Source: Podarcis erhardii (Eukaryota). From it: a DNA stretch of 64,000 nt. Positions within the stretch are counted from its first letter, which is position 1, and each line of letters begins with the position of its first letter. Position numbers and translations under genes: made by a program. Shown piece after piece: positions 37,414 to 51,396 of the stretch. The DNA is taken from assembly GCA_964252035.1 (NCBI GenBank), contig OZ176208.1; one strand, given 5' to 3'. A model generated the notes under the pieces. The model saw nothing but the letters and a program-made list of their open reading frames with translations. It searched no databases and was not told the origin of the DNA.

Positions 37414-38211
37414 TTTTCCTAAAGCCTTCTTTGTGGTCCCAATAGTCACACTGGGACTAGAGGCTAGCCTTTCTCTCTTCAAATATGCTGACTTTCTCCA
37501 CTTTGCGTAGTCTTACTCAAGCTCCCTTAGCCAAGCCTAGGACCTTTGCTTCATATCAGACGACAAGTAATGTATCTGTCTTCCTAGTTCCCACAGTTAC
37601 ATGGTAGATGTGGAAGCTATTGCTGGTTGGGCATATGCTGAAACACTTGAACAAATGCCAAGCTTTTTTAGGTTTCACATGCCCGGCAATCCCAACATGC
37701 AAAGCTATTATCATGCAAATGGACCATGGTAACTGGTTTGCAAATAAATGTATCAGAATTTAGGTTTGTAGCATGCCATGCAAACAACGTAATGCAAACT
37801 TTTTGATATGCACAGACAACATCTGGACCTCCTTTTCATTCACAAACTGCTGAAAAAGGAAGGCTAGACAACCAGCAGCACAAAGCACATAAAAACCACA
37901 ATAAATTATGAGCATTCAGTTATTACTGGGAGTGCTCTATTGTTATTGGCATTCTGTCACTCTGCTCATGTAATAAGGATTGTAGGATGGGAAGAGAGTG
38001 GCATAAAGTCTATGGGCTTCCCTTGACAAACATTGCCTCAATTAGCAATATGGCAAATGACACCTACAGCATTGAGGAAACAAAGGCTAACCACATCAAC
38101 CTGCTGATATTTGATGACAACAAGGAAAGAAAGAGAGGGAAAGAATGTATGTTGGCATAGAGCTGTGGGTGAGAAAGAGATCCAATTGACTTGATTTTGA
38201 ACTCCCTAAAT

Positions 38212-38726
38212 TGTACTGGATCAGTATGCAGGATATCAGTATACTGGACTGAGGAGGAATGGTGCTCCCCCCCTTTCTCCTGAACCTTCCTGAGAACAGG
38301 AGGACAGTATAGATTTAGATCAGTGGTTTGCAGAAGGGCATAGTTCAGAGGCTGCAGAGGGGAGAAGCTGGGAAATATTGGAAGAGGAACAGCAGGAAGA
38401 AGTAACACCAGGGGAGAGACAACTAACAGACTCAGTGTCTTTGGAGAGCATTCCTGCCCCCTCTCCCAGGACCAGGCGAGCATTGAGGGTAGCCAAACAG
38501 AAGGCACAGAGGCAGAAAGCTCAGATTAGCTGATGCAAGTGTGCCGTAGAATAGGAGAGATGTAGGGGGTGGACTTGACTTGGATCAATGCCATTATTTA
38601 GAGAGACTGCATTCCTTTGTCTCTCGCTGTGATTATTGAATAAACTAATTGGTAAGAACTCTTCTTGTTTTCTCTTTGCTTCTTTACTGCCATCGTGGAA
38701 GGGATAGGATTCCCCGAAGCCTGACA
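38212..38726 (+). mobile_element. Solo LTR (Gypsy-like), probable
   Basis: TGT...ACA ends, purine-rich U3-like body and AATAAA at about 38639; no TSD visible. Confidence 0.55.
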
Positions 38727-38863
38727 GTCAAGCTCAGTTGGTGGAGCATAAGACTCTTAATCCCAGGGTCTTGGGTTCAAGCCCCACATTGGTCAAAAGA
38801 TTCCTGCATTGCAGCTGGTTGGACAAAATGACCCTCATGGTCCGTTCCAACTCTACAATTCTA
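38724..38863 (+). mobile_element. tRNA-Lys-derived SINE with CR1-like tail
   Basis: AGCTCAGTTGGTGGAGCATAAGACTCTTAATCCCAGGGTCTTGGGTTCAAGCCCCACATTGG resembles tRNA-Lys(CTT) with A and B boxes. It continues into TTCCAACTCTACAATTCTA, so it is not a functional tRNA. Confidence 0.85.
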
Positions 38864-39212
38864 GGAAATACGTGACTGCAAGACAGAGAGCCCATAAGTA
38901 CTTAGATGTAAGCAACATGTGCCTTTGGCCCCCTGCAGACTGGGTTTTTGGTGGGTGTATTCGACAACATGCCGTTGATGCAATGATAGTGCCTAGTGGA
39001 GGATTTATACTGGTTCATCCACACACCAGTCCACTTTTAGTTGTGCTGTGATGCTTCCCCAGTGTTTCGGCATTATTGCCACCTGGCAATACATCAAAAG
39101 TAAGACAGCAGCCTCTCCACCCCCTCACATTTGAACTCTGGAGCTGGTGAAGTGCCTAGCCACAGGATCTGGTCTCTTCCCATTGCCTGGATAACTTGCC
39201 CATTATCTAAGC

Positions 39213-39343
39213 CAGGCATAGGCAAACTTGGACCTCCAGATGTTTTGGGACTACAATTCCCATCATTCCTGACCACTGGTCCTGTTAGGATCATGGGAGT
39301 TGTAGTCCCAAAACACATGGAGGGCCGAGTTTGCCTATGCCTG
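39213..39343. mobile_element. Palindromic hAT MITE
   Basis: TIR CAGGCATAGGCAAAC; TSD ATCTAAGC / CTCTAAGC. Confidence 0.9.
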
Positions 39344-39603
39344 CTCTAAGCTGTCATGGAAAGATAGTGTGAATTGCAGCTTGCGATCATGCTGTGTCCC
39401 CCCCCCCCCCGAGGTAGGGGTCCTGGAAAAGCATTTTCTCTTCTCAGATCACTATGACTACCTTAAATCGTGTTCTCTTTCCTGCCCCAAAATAGGTAGG
39501 ATAAAAAGAAATGGTCGCACTACCCAAAGAGTGTCTAACATTCTGTCCTGCCCTTTCTGTGACAGGTTCCGATAATAATCCATGGGTGTTTCATCTAGCC
39601 GTG

Positions 39604-39968
39604 ATCATAGAATCATAGAGTTGGAAGAGACCACAAGGGCCATCGAGTCCAACCCCCTGCCAAGCAGGAAACACCATCAGAGCACTCCTGACATATGGTT
39701 GTCAAGCCTCTGCTTAAAGACCTCCAAAGAAGGAGACTCCACCACACTCCTTGGCAGCAAATTCCACTGTCAAACAGCTCTTACTGTCAGGAACTTCTTC
39801 CTAATGTTTAGGTGGAATCTTCTTTCCTGTAGTTTGGATCCATTGCTCCATGTCCGCTTCTCTGGAGCAGCAGAAAGCAACCTTTCTCCCTCCTCTATGT
39901 GACATCCTTTTATATATTTGAACATGGCTATCATATCACCCCTTAACCTCCTCTTCTCCAGGCTAAAC
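39604..39968 (-). mobile_element. CR1 LINE 3' end
   Basis: FSLEKRRLRGDMIAMFKYIKG...LQERRFHLNIRKKFLTVRAV; (ATTCTATG)n tail. Confidence 0.95.
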
Positions 39969-40886
39969 CAACTACATTTCAAAACATGCTTGAAGCGGAA
40001 TTTTGTGGCAAACTAAAGATGTGTGAAATCCCCTGAAACTTTTAGCTTGTCTTTTAAATGTTCTTTTCCATCTTCCTTTTAAAACTGCTTAAGTGTTGTC
40101 TCATTAATAAGCAGAAGCATCTGAGCCTCTCAGAAATTTCATTTACTTTGAATGTGAATGCGGTGGCAAATTTATAAATGAGACAACCTCACAAACAGGA
40201 CACTTTATAAAAGCTATGTTGAATGGCTATCTATTCTATTATTATTATTATTATTACTAGTTTAGCGTATGTGTGTGTATCCTACTAGCCAGATCAACAA
40301 TTTTGCTAAGGTTGTGTAGCAACCAAGGGAGGGGGTAGGGTATAGCAGAGAGAAAGAAATAGCAGAGAGAAAGAAATGATATTCTCAAAAAGTTAAAAAA
40401 AAAAACCTAAACACTTCTACCAAGTGTACAGAAAGCCATCCTATTTTTTGCTTGAGGAAACTCAACACACTGCAACATAATGCAATCTTTAAAAGCATAA
40501 TGACACAGAAGCATCTGTGAATATAGTGCATAAATGCTGACATTGACAAATTGCATAATAGTCTACGGAATATAAATAGGCTTGGCGGGCCTTCCTTCCA
40601 TTTCCAAATATGCTTAAATTCTTGGGGGGGGGGGGGGGTTGCAGAGAAAAGAAGTTCAAGCACCTTCAATAATTTAACGATGTAATTCCAGGAGGGGAAA
40701 TGTTCGCTGGGGATTCTTCACCCAGTGCTGCATTATAATAAGAACAAAATGACAAGCCACAATAAATCTAGCACCAAATGACAGATCCAAGACATCTACC
40801 TACCCCCGAGTAAGTTTTCTGAATGATGCAAAGAATATTTAGCTGCAGATGTGAAATTAGTGGTTGGTGAGTTATTTTTGAAGTGG

Positions 40887-41465
40887 TGGCTATCAGACCC
40901 TCCAAGTCTCCCTATTTTCCAGGGACAGTCCCAGATTTACAGAAGCCGTCCTGGTTCCCACTTTCCCTTAGGAAATCCATTTTCATCAGAGAAATGTTGG
41001 AGGGTATGGAACCCCGAGCAAAGGAGATAAGTAACTATACAACCTTTAGAAGACATCTGGAGGCAGCCTGTGTAGGGAAGGTTTTTTTTTTTTTTTTTTA
41101 AAAAAAAAGAAGTTTATTTTTTATAAATGTTGGAAGTTGTGCAGTGACTGGGGCAACCCAGTCAGATGGGCAGGGTATAAATAATAAAGTTGTAGTACAG
41201 TGGTACCTCGGGTTACATGTGCTTTAGGTTACAGACTCTGCTAACCCAGAAATAGTACCTCGGGTTAAGAACTTTGCTTCAGGATGAGAACAGAAATCTT
41301 GCAGCAGCAGCGCAGCAGCAGCAGGAGGACCCATTAGCTAAAGTGGTGCTTCAGGTTAAGAACAGTTTCAGGTTAAAAACGGACCTCCAGAACAAATTAA
41401 ATACTTAACCCGAGGTACCACTGTAGGACATCCCTATTTTCTTTGGAGAAATGCTGGAGGGTATG
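40887..41465. mobile_element. Composite of MITE fragments (ACCCTCCAA...TTGGAGGGTATG family) with a nested Tigger-like MITE
   Basis: Matches 60058-60680 and 31435-31480. Confidence 0.65.
41198..41423. mobile_element. Tigger/pogo-like MITE
   Basis: Same TIRs, TA TSD, opposite orientation to 33005. Confidence 0.95.
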
Positions 41466-42665
41466 GAGTATTTGCTATAATGGGTAGTCTAAGAGCAGCA
41501 GTGTTATCAAGCAGATATTGAGGTCAGGCAAAGTAACAGGGATAATGGTAGCTGATGAGTCCATGCAGATGTCAGCAACCAACAGCCACAAATTCTTCCA
41601 CCAAGGTCAAATTTGCATAATATCTGATCCACCGTGACAAACCCAGCTCACCAGCTATGTGCTAAAGCCTGCCAAGCATTTCTCAACACATGCATGCACG
41701 CAGAGATTTTTCCAGTCTATGGCTAGCAGCAAAAACTGAAGTTTTACTAAGCCACTGGAGGGCTGCCGTACATGATTCATTGGTTCCATTCAGCTTGTCA
41801 AGGTGCACTTCAACCCTGAGAGTCTTGTGGCTGTTACCCCACCAGCACTGAAAAAGGAAGAAAAAGATAGGAAGATTGCATATGGAAGCAAGCCCTGTCT
41901 CATAAAAGGTGCTGCTGTCCATAACATGCAAATAAGCACAGATAGCTTTCATTGGCCTTTATCAAGTGTTAATGCAACTTAGACTCTATGCAGACAAGTT
42001 TGTCTTCCTCCTGCCGATTCACAGGAAGCATTCCATGTTAGGGTAATGAGTTCTATCATTTTTGTGGGCTTTTATTCTCTTTTCTTCCTTTGCTTCCTCA
42101 CTTAGCAATGGCGCCACATAGCTGCTGATCATTCCCCTGCCTTCTCTGACTGCTTCTACCCTGGAACAATGCCCCTGTGCCTATTCATGTTTCTTCCATA
42201 TCTTTCAAGTGGGATGGAATCCATTGGTGCCGTCAAATGCAACATTCCTTATTTCCCTAGAGTGGGCACAGGCAGGGGGACATCCAGTCAGTGCAAATTC
42301 CTGTTCCACTGGTCTGGAGCATCCTTCCCCTGCATGTAATCTGGGCGATGGGCATGGCCCTGGCTGACTCCATCAAAGAGGTGAGTCATGCAGCCATTTT
42401 CTCAGTCTAGTATCGAGTTGTCTTATTGTCTTGTTCCAGTGTTGTCTTGTTCTCTCTCTTGCTGCCATGCTGCTCTCCTGCAGCCATTTTTCATCTTAAT
42501 GTAATTTTGCTTCTGCTGGCACTGATGAACTCACAGTTTATTGTGTAACTACTAAGTAAAGCCTGTCTTTCAGGGATCAAACCGTGAACTGAAATGTGAG
42601 TAAACTTTTTGTTACTTTACTCAGAAAGACTTTTGTGTCTTTATTCTTTTTAAAGGGGGATTAAA

Positions 42666-43035
42666 GGGGACAGTGTGGGTGGCACTGTGGTCTAAACCGC
42701 TGAGTCTAGGACTTGCCGAATGGAAGGTTGGCTGTTCGAATCCCCGCATTGGGGTGAGCTCCTGTTGCTCGGTCCCAGCTCCTGCCAACCTAGCAGTTAG
42801 AAAGCACGTCAAAGTGCAAATAGATAAATAGGTACTTCTCTGGTGGGAAGGTAAACAGTGTTTCCGTGTGCCGCTCTGGTCTTGCCAGAAGTGGCTTAGT
42901 CATGTTGGCCACATGACCCAAAAAAACTGTCTGCAGACAAACATCAGCTGCCTCGGCTAGTAAAGCGAGATGAGTGCCGCAACCCCAGAGTCATTTGCTA
43001 CTGGACTTAACTGTCAGGGGTCCTTTGCCTTTACC
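42666..43035 (+). mobile_element. Sauria SINE
   Basis: Colinear with 37065-37413. Confidence 0.95.
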
Positions 43036-46000
43036 TTAAAGAGTACACCAGGAAAATAATCTTAACTAAGAGATTCAAACGAATCTGCAAACTAGCTTCC
43101 AGCTATATTGAGGGGAATCTGCTCTGCTACATCACTCACTAGTGTGAATGAAAGGAAGGATAATACTTATTCAATATATCATTTCCTACTATCCTTAACA
43201 TTCCCACACTTTATGCTTGTGCACTTCCAGGTTTAAACATGTCACATTGCAGTTGAACAAGAAAAGTCAGGATTCTGAGTAAGGCAAGGCACCTAGGCTC
43301 CATGGCAACTACAGAAGCACAAGATAACCCTACAAATATATTGTTAGCTACAGCACAGGGCCCAGTATTTATCCGTGTTACTAATTTAAAATGCATGTCA
43401 AAATCCCATTGGCCAATCAGTCCCAATTGCAATGAGTCAAGTAAAGGTGACCTGGCATATCAAACTTAAAGGTTTCTTGCACAGAATTGTTTTAGTGTGG
43501 ACCTTCACCCTATTGTAATGGTTTTATTTAAATTACCCACAAAGGGTAATGGGGGGAAAAACCCAGTGCATAGTAAATGCTATTGTCTACAGAGCAATGT
43601 GCAAAGGACATTGGGTTATTAATATTAATATGATGAGCTCTGAAACATTTTTCATTTGGGTTGAATAAAGTGTCAAGCTTTTCAAAGTCTCAGAAGTGCC
43701 ATCTGATTATGATGAATCCATTGCTCAAACTACTTAGATATTGGCATCCATGTATAAAAGGACACAGTTTCCAGTTATTGACACATTTTTCATAACTGTA
43801 ATAGAAGCTTGAGAGCAGAAAGTATCCCCTGGTGTCTGTGACAAAAAAGGCAATCAGTTCTGTATGAGACACTTTATCATTGCCAAAGATCATTTGCAAT
43901 TGCAAACATGTGGAAATGTACCTCCTCTATCTTTTACCAATTTTTTTTTTCCAAAATAAAAACTTTAGAAATATATAGGTCGGGAGGAAAAGAAAAAAAA
44001 ACAACTACTAGATATCTGTTGCACCAGACAGTACCTTAAAACTAAAGCAAAATACAGCTTTGAGCCTGAACAAAATACTGGTTCAGATTCCCCAGAAGAA
44101 TGCTCTAAAATAAAATAAAATAAAATTCAAACTTTATATATAAAAATGTAATCTTATCACAAAATTGTCTGCTGTTTCATCTAAACAGCAACATCACAGT
44201 GTGTTTCAAAAATTGAGTTTAAGCAACACACTGTGACTTTGGACAGAAATTATTTCCCCTCTCAGAATCATCACACCATTCCTCTCAAAATCATTTGCCA
44301 TCCTCAACATTCTTCAGATAGTTAGCAGCAAACTCACCATTAAATCTGTATGTGAAATTTAGGTACACCTCTTATTCCAAACCATTTGAGAAAATGATGC
44401 GTAGACGGGAATTCTCCTGAAAGAGAGGTAGGCAGCACCAAGGACAGAAGCAAGGGGCAAGGTGGTTTTGCCATTCCAGTCCAAAGGTATTGGTGTGTCT
44501 GTGGCTCAGGAAGAAGGGAGGAGGGGTGTGATCTACAATGTGTACGTCCGCAGCACTGGATTTAAGGCACTGAGCTGAGGGGTTGCAAAACTGAGAAGAG
44601 CCGTAACTGAGAAGATCCATTCGGAGGCACCAAATTTTTGGCCTCAAGCAGCGCTTTTTTTTCTTGGGTACGCAGTACCAGCACCTCTTTTTCTCTGAAA
44701 GAAAAGCACTGGTTAAAAGTGTGCCACTTACTATAACAATCTCATGGTGAGTATGGCACCTTTTTGTATGGAAGAATGCACTGTGCATTACAAAAGATTA
44801 CCAAAGTCTACCATTGGTGTCTGTATGCAGTAGGATCTCCTCGGAGCAGCGGAGCAGATGAGGATACATTAACTTGCACTGGCCGCCCCCTGCTCTGGAT
44901 TCAGTATGGGCTTAGTTACTTAGAAAAAAGTCTTTTTGTTTGTTTGTTGGATTGATGTTTGTTCCAAGTCAACGGTAAACAACATGTTTTCCTGGATGAA
45001 GTAGTCAGACAAATGTTCTGGGTCCTGTACGTTGAAAGCAAGTGACAACTGGAAGACCTCTTAGACCCATACTTTCTAGATACAGAACAATTGGAAGTAT
45101 GGATGAGCAATTGGTTCAGTTCAAAAGGTAGCAGTCTTAATCCCAGGCTTTTTAGTCTCCATGTATGTGTTTTTTGGTTCATAATGCACAAGAGCACATT
45201 AACCATTTACTGCCTCCAGTTCTGCCATATTAGCATATATCTGCCCCAATGGAACTTTCAGATAGCTCTTCTGTTTAGCTTCTCTGGCACCAGAGAAGGA
45301 TTCATATATTGCCTTACACAAAACAAAATAAAATGGTTAATTCTTCTCATTTGTTGGTGGGTGCTGTTTTGTTTTTTATATAATGCCTTTATTTTGGTGC
45401 CAGCAACAGATGAGGATGTTAGGATTTGTGAGACAGCTCGCACATTTTTGAATCGGAATTTAGAATGCTTAGTAATTTTGTAATTAGCATTCATTTCAAG
45501 TCGTTTGAATATGGAGATTGTCATATCCAATCAATCCAATGCTCCATCTAGCTGAGTATCCAGATATTTCACATGAAGTGTAAGAAACCTCATGGTGGGC
45601 AATTAAGCAGCAACCTGCCCAGGGGATAGCTGTATTCTTAACTTCCATCTGGTTTCTGCTCAGAAGCTAGGGATTTTATCCATGAACTGAATCAATAGTG
45701 GTTTTAATGTGATGCTTAAGATAATTGTGGACCTTTACATTCTCCATAGAAAATGTTTGCTTGCCATTTTTTTGCTTGTAGGGCAGGGGGCTGCAGTAGC
45801 TAGCCTAGAGGTTTATTATATTTAGCCAACAATTCTCTCAAGGCTTCCATTCTGACCCAAGGTAATAATAAAAAGAAATCATTGTCTAAGGGCTCAAAGC
45901 ATTTCATATTTATTGTCTCAGTAATACTGTAAAGCAGTGGTAGGCAGAAAACAAACTGTGATTCATAGGTAGACTGGTCAATTTTTAGTGGACCATCAAA

Positions 46001-46273
46001 GCTATGATTCTGTGATTTATTTTAAGGTCTTAGTCTCATCTAGTGTGAAGGAGTTCCATTGTTTAGGTGTGTATTAATGCACATTCCTGTTTTTGCTTGT
46101 TCCTCTTTACTTTTGGCCTCCCCGCACTCCAGAAGAAATGTTGGTACCCTCTCTTCTCGTTCACTATGCATATTTTGCTGACTTGCTCTTGACTTCACCT
46201 CAGCTATGAACTGATGGGATGGGCTTTGGCAAGCCACAGTTCACTCAGACTCAGCCCTGATTTGAAATGTGGG

Positions 46274-46599
46274 TGAAATATACTCAGAGTCGAGAGTGGA
46301 TTTCATTCTCTTTATTCAGCTCATAGTGGTGAGGAGGAATGGAAGTTCCCCCACAATATCTGCTTTATATACATTATTTACACAATGGGCTGCACGTGAT
46401 CGGCTAATTCTGGGTTTCTCCTGTAGGCCAATCAGGTTGTGGATTCACTTCCACCTGGAGCTGGATTGGGTGGCTCCTGCAGACCAGTCATACTGCAGCA
46501 TTGTTCTAGGACCAATCAGACTGCTGCATTTTGGATCCTATTGTTCTAGGACCAATCAGACTGCTGCATTTTGGATCCTATTCCACTCAGTACATAACA
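46274..46599 (-). mobile_element. Solo LTR
   Basis: TG...CA termini; 5-bp TSD GTGGG (46269-46273 / 46600-46604); minus-strand TATATAAA followed by AATAAA. Confidence 0.9.
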
Positions 46600-47167
46600 G
46601 TGGGGATAATAATATTGGCCTCAATCGTACAGAGCCGGTCGCTTGAGGAAACCAGCCCACGGAGTACAACTGAAGTCACATTATGAATTGTGAAAATCAA
46701 ATAACTGAGCATATAACATTTACATAGAGATGGAGATGGCAGAGGATTTGAATTAGTCCTGTACCAAAAAAATGATACTGCATTCCCTCCGCCCCAAACA
46801 TTTTCTATTAATTTATGAGAAAAGAAACAGCATTCAAAAATTATAAAATAATTTCTCATGGGTCGGGATGCTGTGAATACCAACTCCCCTCCCTCTCTCA
46901 AAACAATATATAGCAGAACTTTTATCTCTCATACACACACTGTATCAAAGTCAGGACCAAGAGTCAGTATTGCTAAGCATCTCCTAAGGTCCACATGCCA
47001 AGAGCGCCCCCACTGCCTCCTCTTCTTGTTGCCACTGATATTCACCTGTCCTCTGTAAATATGCAAGCCAGCAGACTGCACTGATATTTCCTTCTCTCTT
47101 CTGCCCCAATCTGCACTAGTGAAGAGGTACTACTGACAGTGGAAAAGAGGAGAACTAATGCTAGCCT

Positions 47168-47555
47168 GGGACGTGGGTGGGCTGTGGTCGAAACCACTGA
47201 GCCTCTTGGGCTTGCCGATCAGAAGGTTGGTGGTTCGAATCCCTGCGATGGGATGAGTTCCCATTGCTCGGTCCCAGCTCCTGCCAACCTAGCAGTTCAA
47301 AAGCACGCCAAAAAGTGCAAGTAGATATAGTAAATAGGTACTGCTCCGGAGGGAAGGTAAACAGCTTTTCCGTGTGCTGCTCTGGTTTCGGTGCTCTGTT
47401 GCGCCAGAAGCGGCTTAGTCATGCTGGCCACATGACCCAGAAAAACTGTCTGCAGACAAAGGCCAGCTCCCTTGGCCTGTAAAGCGAGATGAGCGCCGCA
47501 ACCCCAGAGTCACCTGTGACTGGACTTAACTGTCAGGGGTGCTTTACCTTTACCT
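47168..47555 (+). mobile_element. Sauria SINE
   Basis: Colinear with the other copies; TTTACC tail. Confidence 0.95.
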
Positions 47556-50500
47556 TTTTTTAAGGCTTTCCCAACGGTGGCAACTCGTATTGGCTAAGCA
47601 ATTTGCAGAATCCTCTGATGATGAGGTCAATTTGGGCACATTCTTCACACCTTTATGTGAACATGCCCTATTGGTAGTGATGATGTATATTCACCATTCA
47701 ACTCCCATTAACTTAATACACCATATGAAGAAGTTCTAACAAAAATACAGCCTCGCACAAGTATGCATTGTAGAATTATTTCTATATCGCTGTTGTCCAG
47801 TTTATAGGATTCAGAAAGAAAAGAAGTTCCAAACCGGAACTTATTGACAATGAAAAGTTAACTAATATTTATTATTTATTGCACACAATAGTCTGACTGT
47901 CATTTATTGCACTCTGTTTGGTAGGACAAAGTTGCTTTCTTCTTCTGGAAAGCTGGGAGTTCTGGTTTGTTTCCCACACAGTGGAATTTAGTTAAATACT
48001 TTATCAGAAACTAAACGTTCCATAATGGAATGAATGTGTTGCAGAGAGAGAGAGAGAGAGAGAGATTCAATATCTCATAATTTTGGAATAACATTAGTTT
48101 GCTCCTAAGCAATGCATAAATGTTAATAAAGAATAAGTCGTTATGACTGGATTCATTTCTGGAGTTGAGGAGAATGAGAACTCATTATGTGAACCAGCTG
48201 AAGCATTCTCTGAAGCAGCGGTTGAGTTGAATTCCTGTCACCTTTCTCATGACAGCAATAACAAATAAAGAAACCGAGGATGGATTCCTAGAGATAATTA
48301 AGCAGTGTTGATCTTAGGACATTGTCTTTTCAATGAAACACTGATTGCATTGTTCATAACAAAACTACCTCTGCATGACAGAACTAATTAGTGACCATCT
48401 GAACTTACTTAGCCAAACGAGAGGAGGGGGAAAGCAATTAAAAATGCCGTCATCACTGGATCTATCATTGAACAGCTGGTTGTATTGATAAGCAATACTG
48501 CATGTTAAAGCTACTTTAGAAGACAATAGAACTTAATCTGCTTGCTAAGTAGTAATTAGAAAGCAGTGAGAGACTATGAAATTACTGTTATTATGATGCA
48601 AACAACTTTCAAAAGTGGTGGGATTTTTTGTTTTTGTTTTAAATCACATTCTTCCTGAACTGGGTTATTTAAACATGGATGGTAGTGTGGGTGGAAGAAG
48701 AGATTTTTAAATATTGACAATAGGACAAAACTTAACTCCAGCATCTGTAAAGTTGGTTAGAAAACAGCTCCTAAAAAGCTAATTTGTGATGCAATGATTT
48801 TGCTGTCTGGTTTGCTGAGCTCAAAGCAAGTTCATAATCCATTGCGGTAGAGCATTTTATTTCTTATCAATGTTATCCCAGTCTGTGTGTACAGGATTTG
48901 AAATTGCTTTTGCGTATGTTTTAACTCTTGATACTTCTGTTCTGAAATTGCTTCAGGATGTTACATGAGAAGCAAGTCACACACTATATATTCCATGATA
49001 TGAAATAAATATAAAATAATTAAAATTCAAATCATTCTGTGCAGGTGGTTGCCTCCACCTCTCACTGACGCTAAGCTGGTCCCACATTTGAACTGGAGTT
49101 CACCAGCTATTATATATTAAAGTACGGATTTGTGTAACTTTGAGATCCGTGGGTAGATTCAAACATCACAGTCCTCCTAAGTATGATTAGCTAATATCTT
49201 TGGCCATGTGGAGAAGCAAAGCCATTGGGTGTACATGTCAGAGGCATGCAGGCTACCAACGGTTTATTATGACTTCTTGGCATCCATCTGTCTAGAGAGA
49301 CAATGAAGTGCACGTCTGGTGGAAAAGTCAAATCACTGCTTTAGCAGCACTGAAGTTACCTCCCTAGGGCACAAGAGTCATGGCAATGAAGAACTGTATT
49401 CAATTCCAGTCCTACTCAGTTTATTACTTTCAATGGGTCTACCCTGGGTAGGACCAGCTTTGGTCACAACCCAGTGAATGACATTACTGTTATGAAATCA
49501 CTTTATTAAATACAAAGATTCCTTCTTGGGGAAGCACATGCACTCAATGCCTGATCATGCCATTTATTTCTGAGGCACATAATTTTGAATCATGTATTCT
49601 CCTTCTCAATTTAGACGCCTTAGAGTTGCCATGCATGGACTGGATAGACTATTATTTGCACATTTCACTTCTCAGTAGGTGCTATAATAGCAAAATAAAA
49701 AGAAAGATAGATAACCCATGTTATTAATGAATTTTTGTGCACTTAGCTCCTCCCCCCTGCCCCAGACAGAGTCACATTTATTTTGGTGAATGAATTCCCC
49801 CCACAATGATACACACAGGGTCCTGTGGACATAAACCCACTACTGAATTAAGCCCACCTCTCCACCACTGACAACCATCCAATACCTAGGTAACGTATAA
49901 AATAACTAAATCATAGGATTTCATAGCACATTGCTGAAATTTCCCAGCATTTTAGAGCGTGAGTAAACTGAATGCTAAACTGCCAAACAGAAACATTTTT
50001 GTTAATTCCATAAAAATATTCTAAATGATTCATTTCTTTTGTCCAACTCTACTGAAAGCTTCAAGGTTTTTCAAACATTATCCTGAAAATCTACTTTTTG
50101 TTTAAGTCATTTACTCCTTTCGCTTAATGTTAGCCAAGGAGAAGTGTATCCTTCAAGTTTTTACAACAGAGTTCCACTTATTTGAATGGTTAAGCTGTAA
50201 ATTGATCTGATCGTTCAAACTGAGGAAAAATCAAACATTTTAGCACTTTCAGCGTAATACATGCATGAAGCAAGGCTAAAAGGATTGAGGAAGACAAAAA
50301 GAATGTTCATTGCACACATTTCTTTTTTTAAAAAAATGCAAATTTGCAATCCATCTACATAAAAAATAAGCCTTGCATCGGGATTCAGGATGCACCTTTT
50401 CTCAGTGGAACAATTGTGCTTGAAAAAGACACATCGATACTGAGCAATTAGGTTTGCAACCAAGACAAAATTTAATTCCTGTTTTAGCTGAACAAAAGAA

Positions 50501-51262
50501 ATAGGAAAGTACTTCTTTCTAAGTAGCTGGGAATCAAATATCCTTAATGCAATATCTTATAGTGGAGTTTCTTCATTAAATTATCCAGAAAATTAAAGTA
50601 GAGCAATGCTTACTGGAGTCCAATCAAAAAAGATTGACCAGTTTCTCCCCCTCCAAAAAAACCCCCGCACACATGGCCCTTTCAGCCTTCCCCTTTTATT
50701 GCAAGCTATGACTGCCTTTTAAGCTTGCTACCTTCAAATAAACTATCCACAATGACATTCCAGTGGGAAACTCCTTTACATCTGCCATTGAGCCCATATG
50801 TGCTGAAGAGAATTCTATGTTGTGTTCTGGATCACGGGTACACTCTGGGCTTTGGGAAATTAATTTGGGTGGCTTCTTGTTTTGTTTTTTTGCTAGAATT
50901 GTGAGAGCTACCAGGTGAAGCCAGGTGCAAAAGATACGTGCTTAGAATTAAAAAAGAAATACTGGGCCTTGGAATTTGTTGTGGGTACCAAAACTGAACT
51001 GAGTTCATTGTCCTTCCATTAATTTGTTTTCAGCAGAGTACTGGCCAAAATATTTGGCTCCATTATTCTCTTGGACCCTGTGTGAGCACCCTAGCTACAC
51101 AATATTTTCTTTTAGCTGTGCATCACACACACAAAAGGCTGCCGAGATGGGCAGGATATCTTTCTAGAACTATAGCCATCATCTTTATAACAAGGTCACC
51201 AACACAGCATCTGCAGGTGACACCAGTGCCTTCAATGGCAGCCACAAAAGGTGTCAGTAAAT

Positions 51263-51396
51263 TAAGGTTACTAGATTTTTTTCCAATGAATCCAGAGACA
51301 CTTTTCGACTTCAGTAGGAATGACAGGATTTTGTCAGGGAACTAATTTGTAAATTTGGGGACCGTCCCTGGAAAACGGGGATGTCTGGTAACCTTA
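51263..51396. mobile_element. hAT MITE
   Basis: TAAGGTTACTAGA / TCTGGTAACCTTA; perfect TSD CAGTAAAT. Confidence 0.85.

Noticed and set aside
38724-38795. Apparent tRNA-Lys gene
   Set aside because: The acceptor and anticodon stems are mutated and it is fused to a CR1-like tail, so it is a SINE head.
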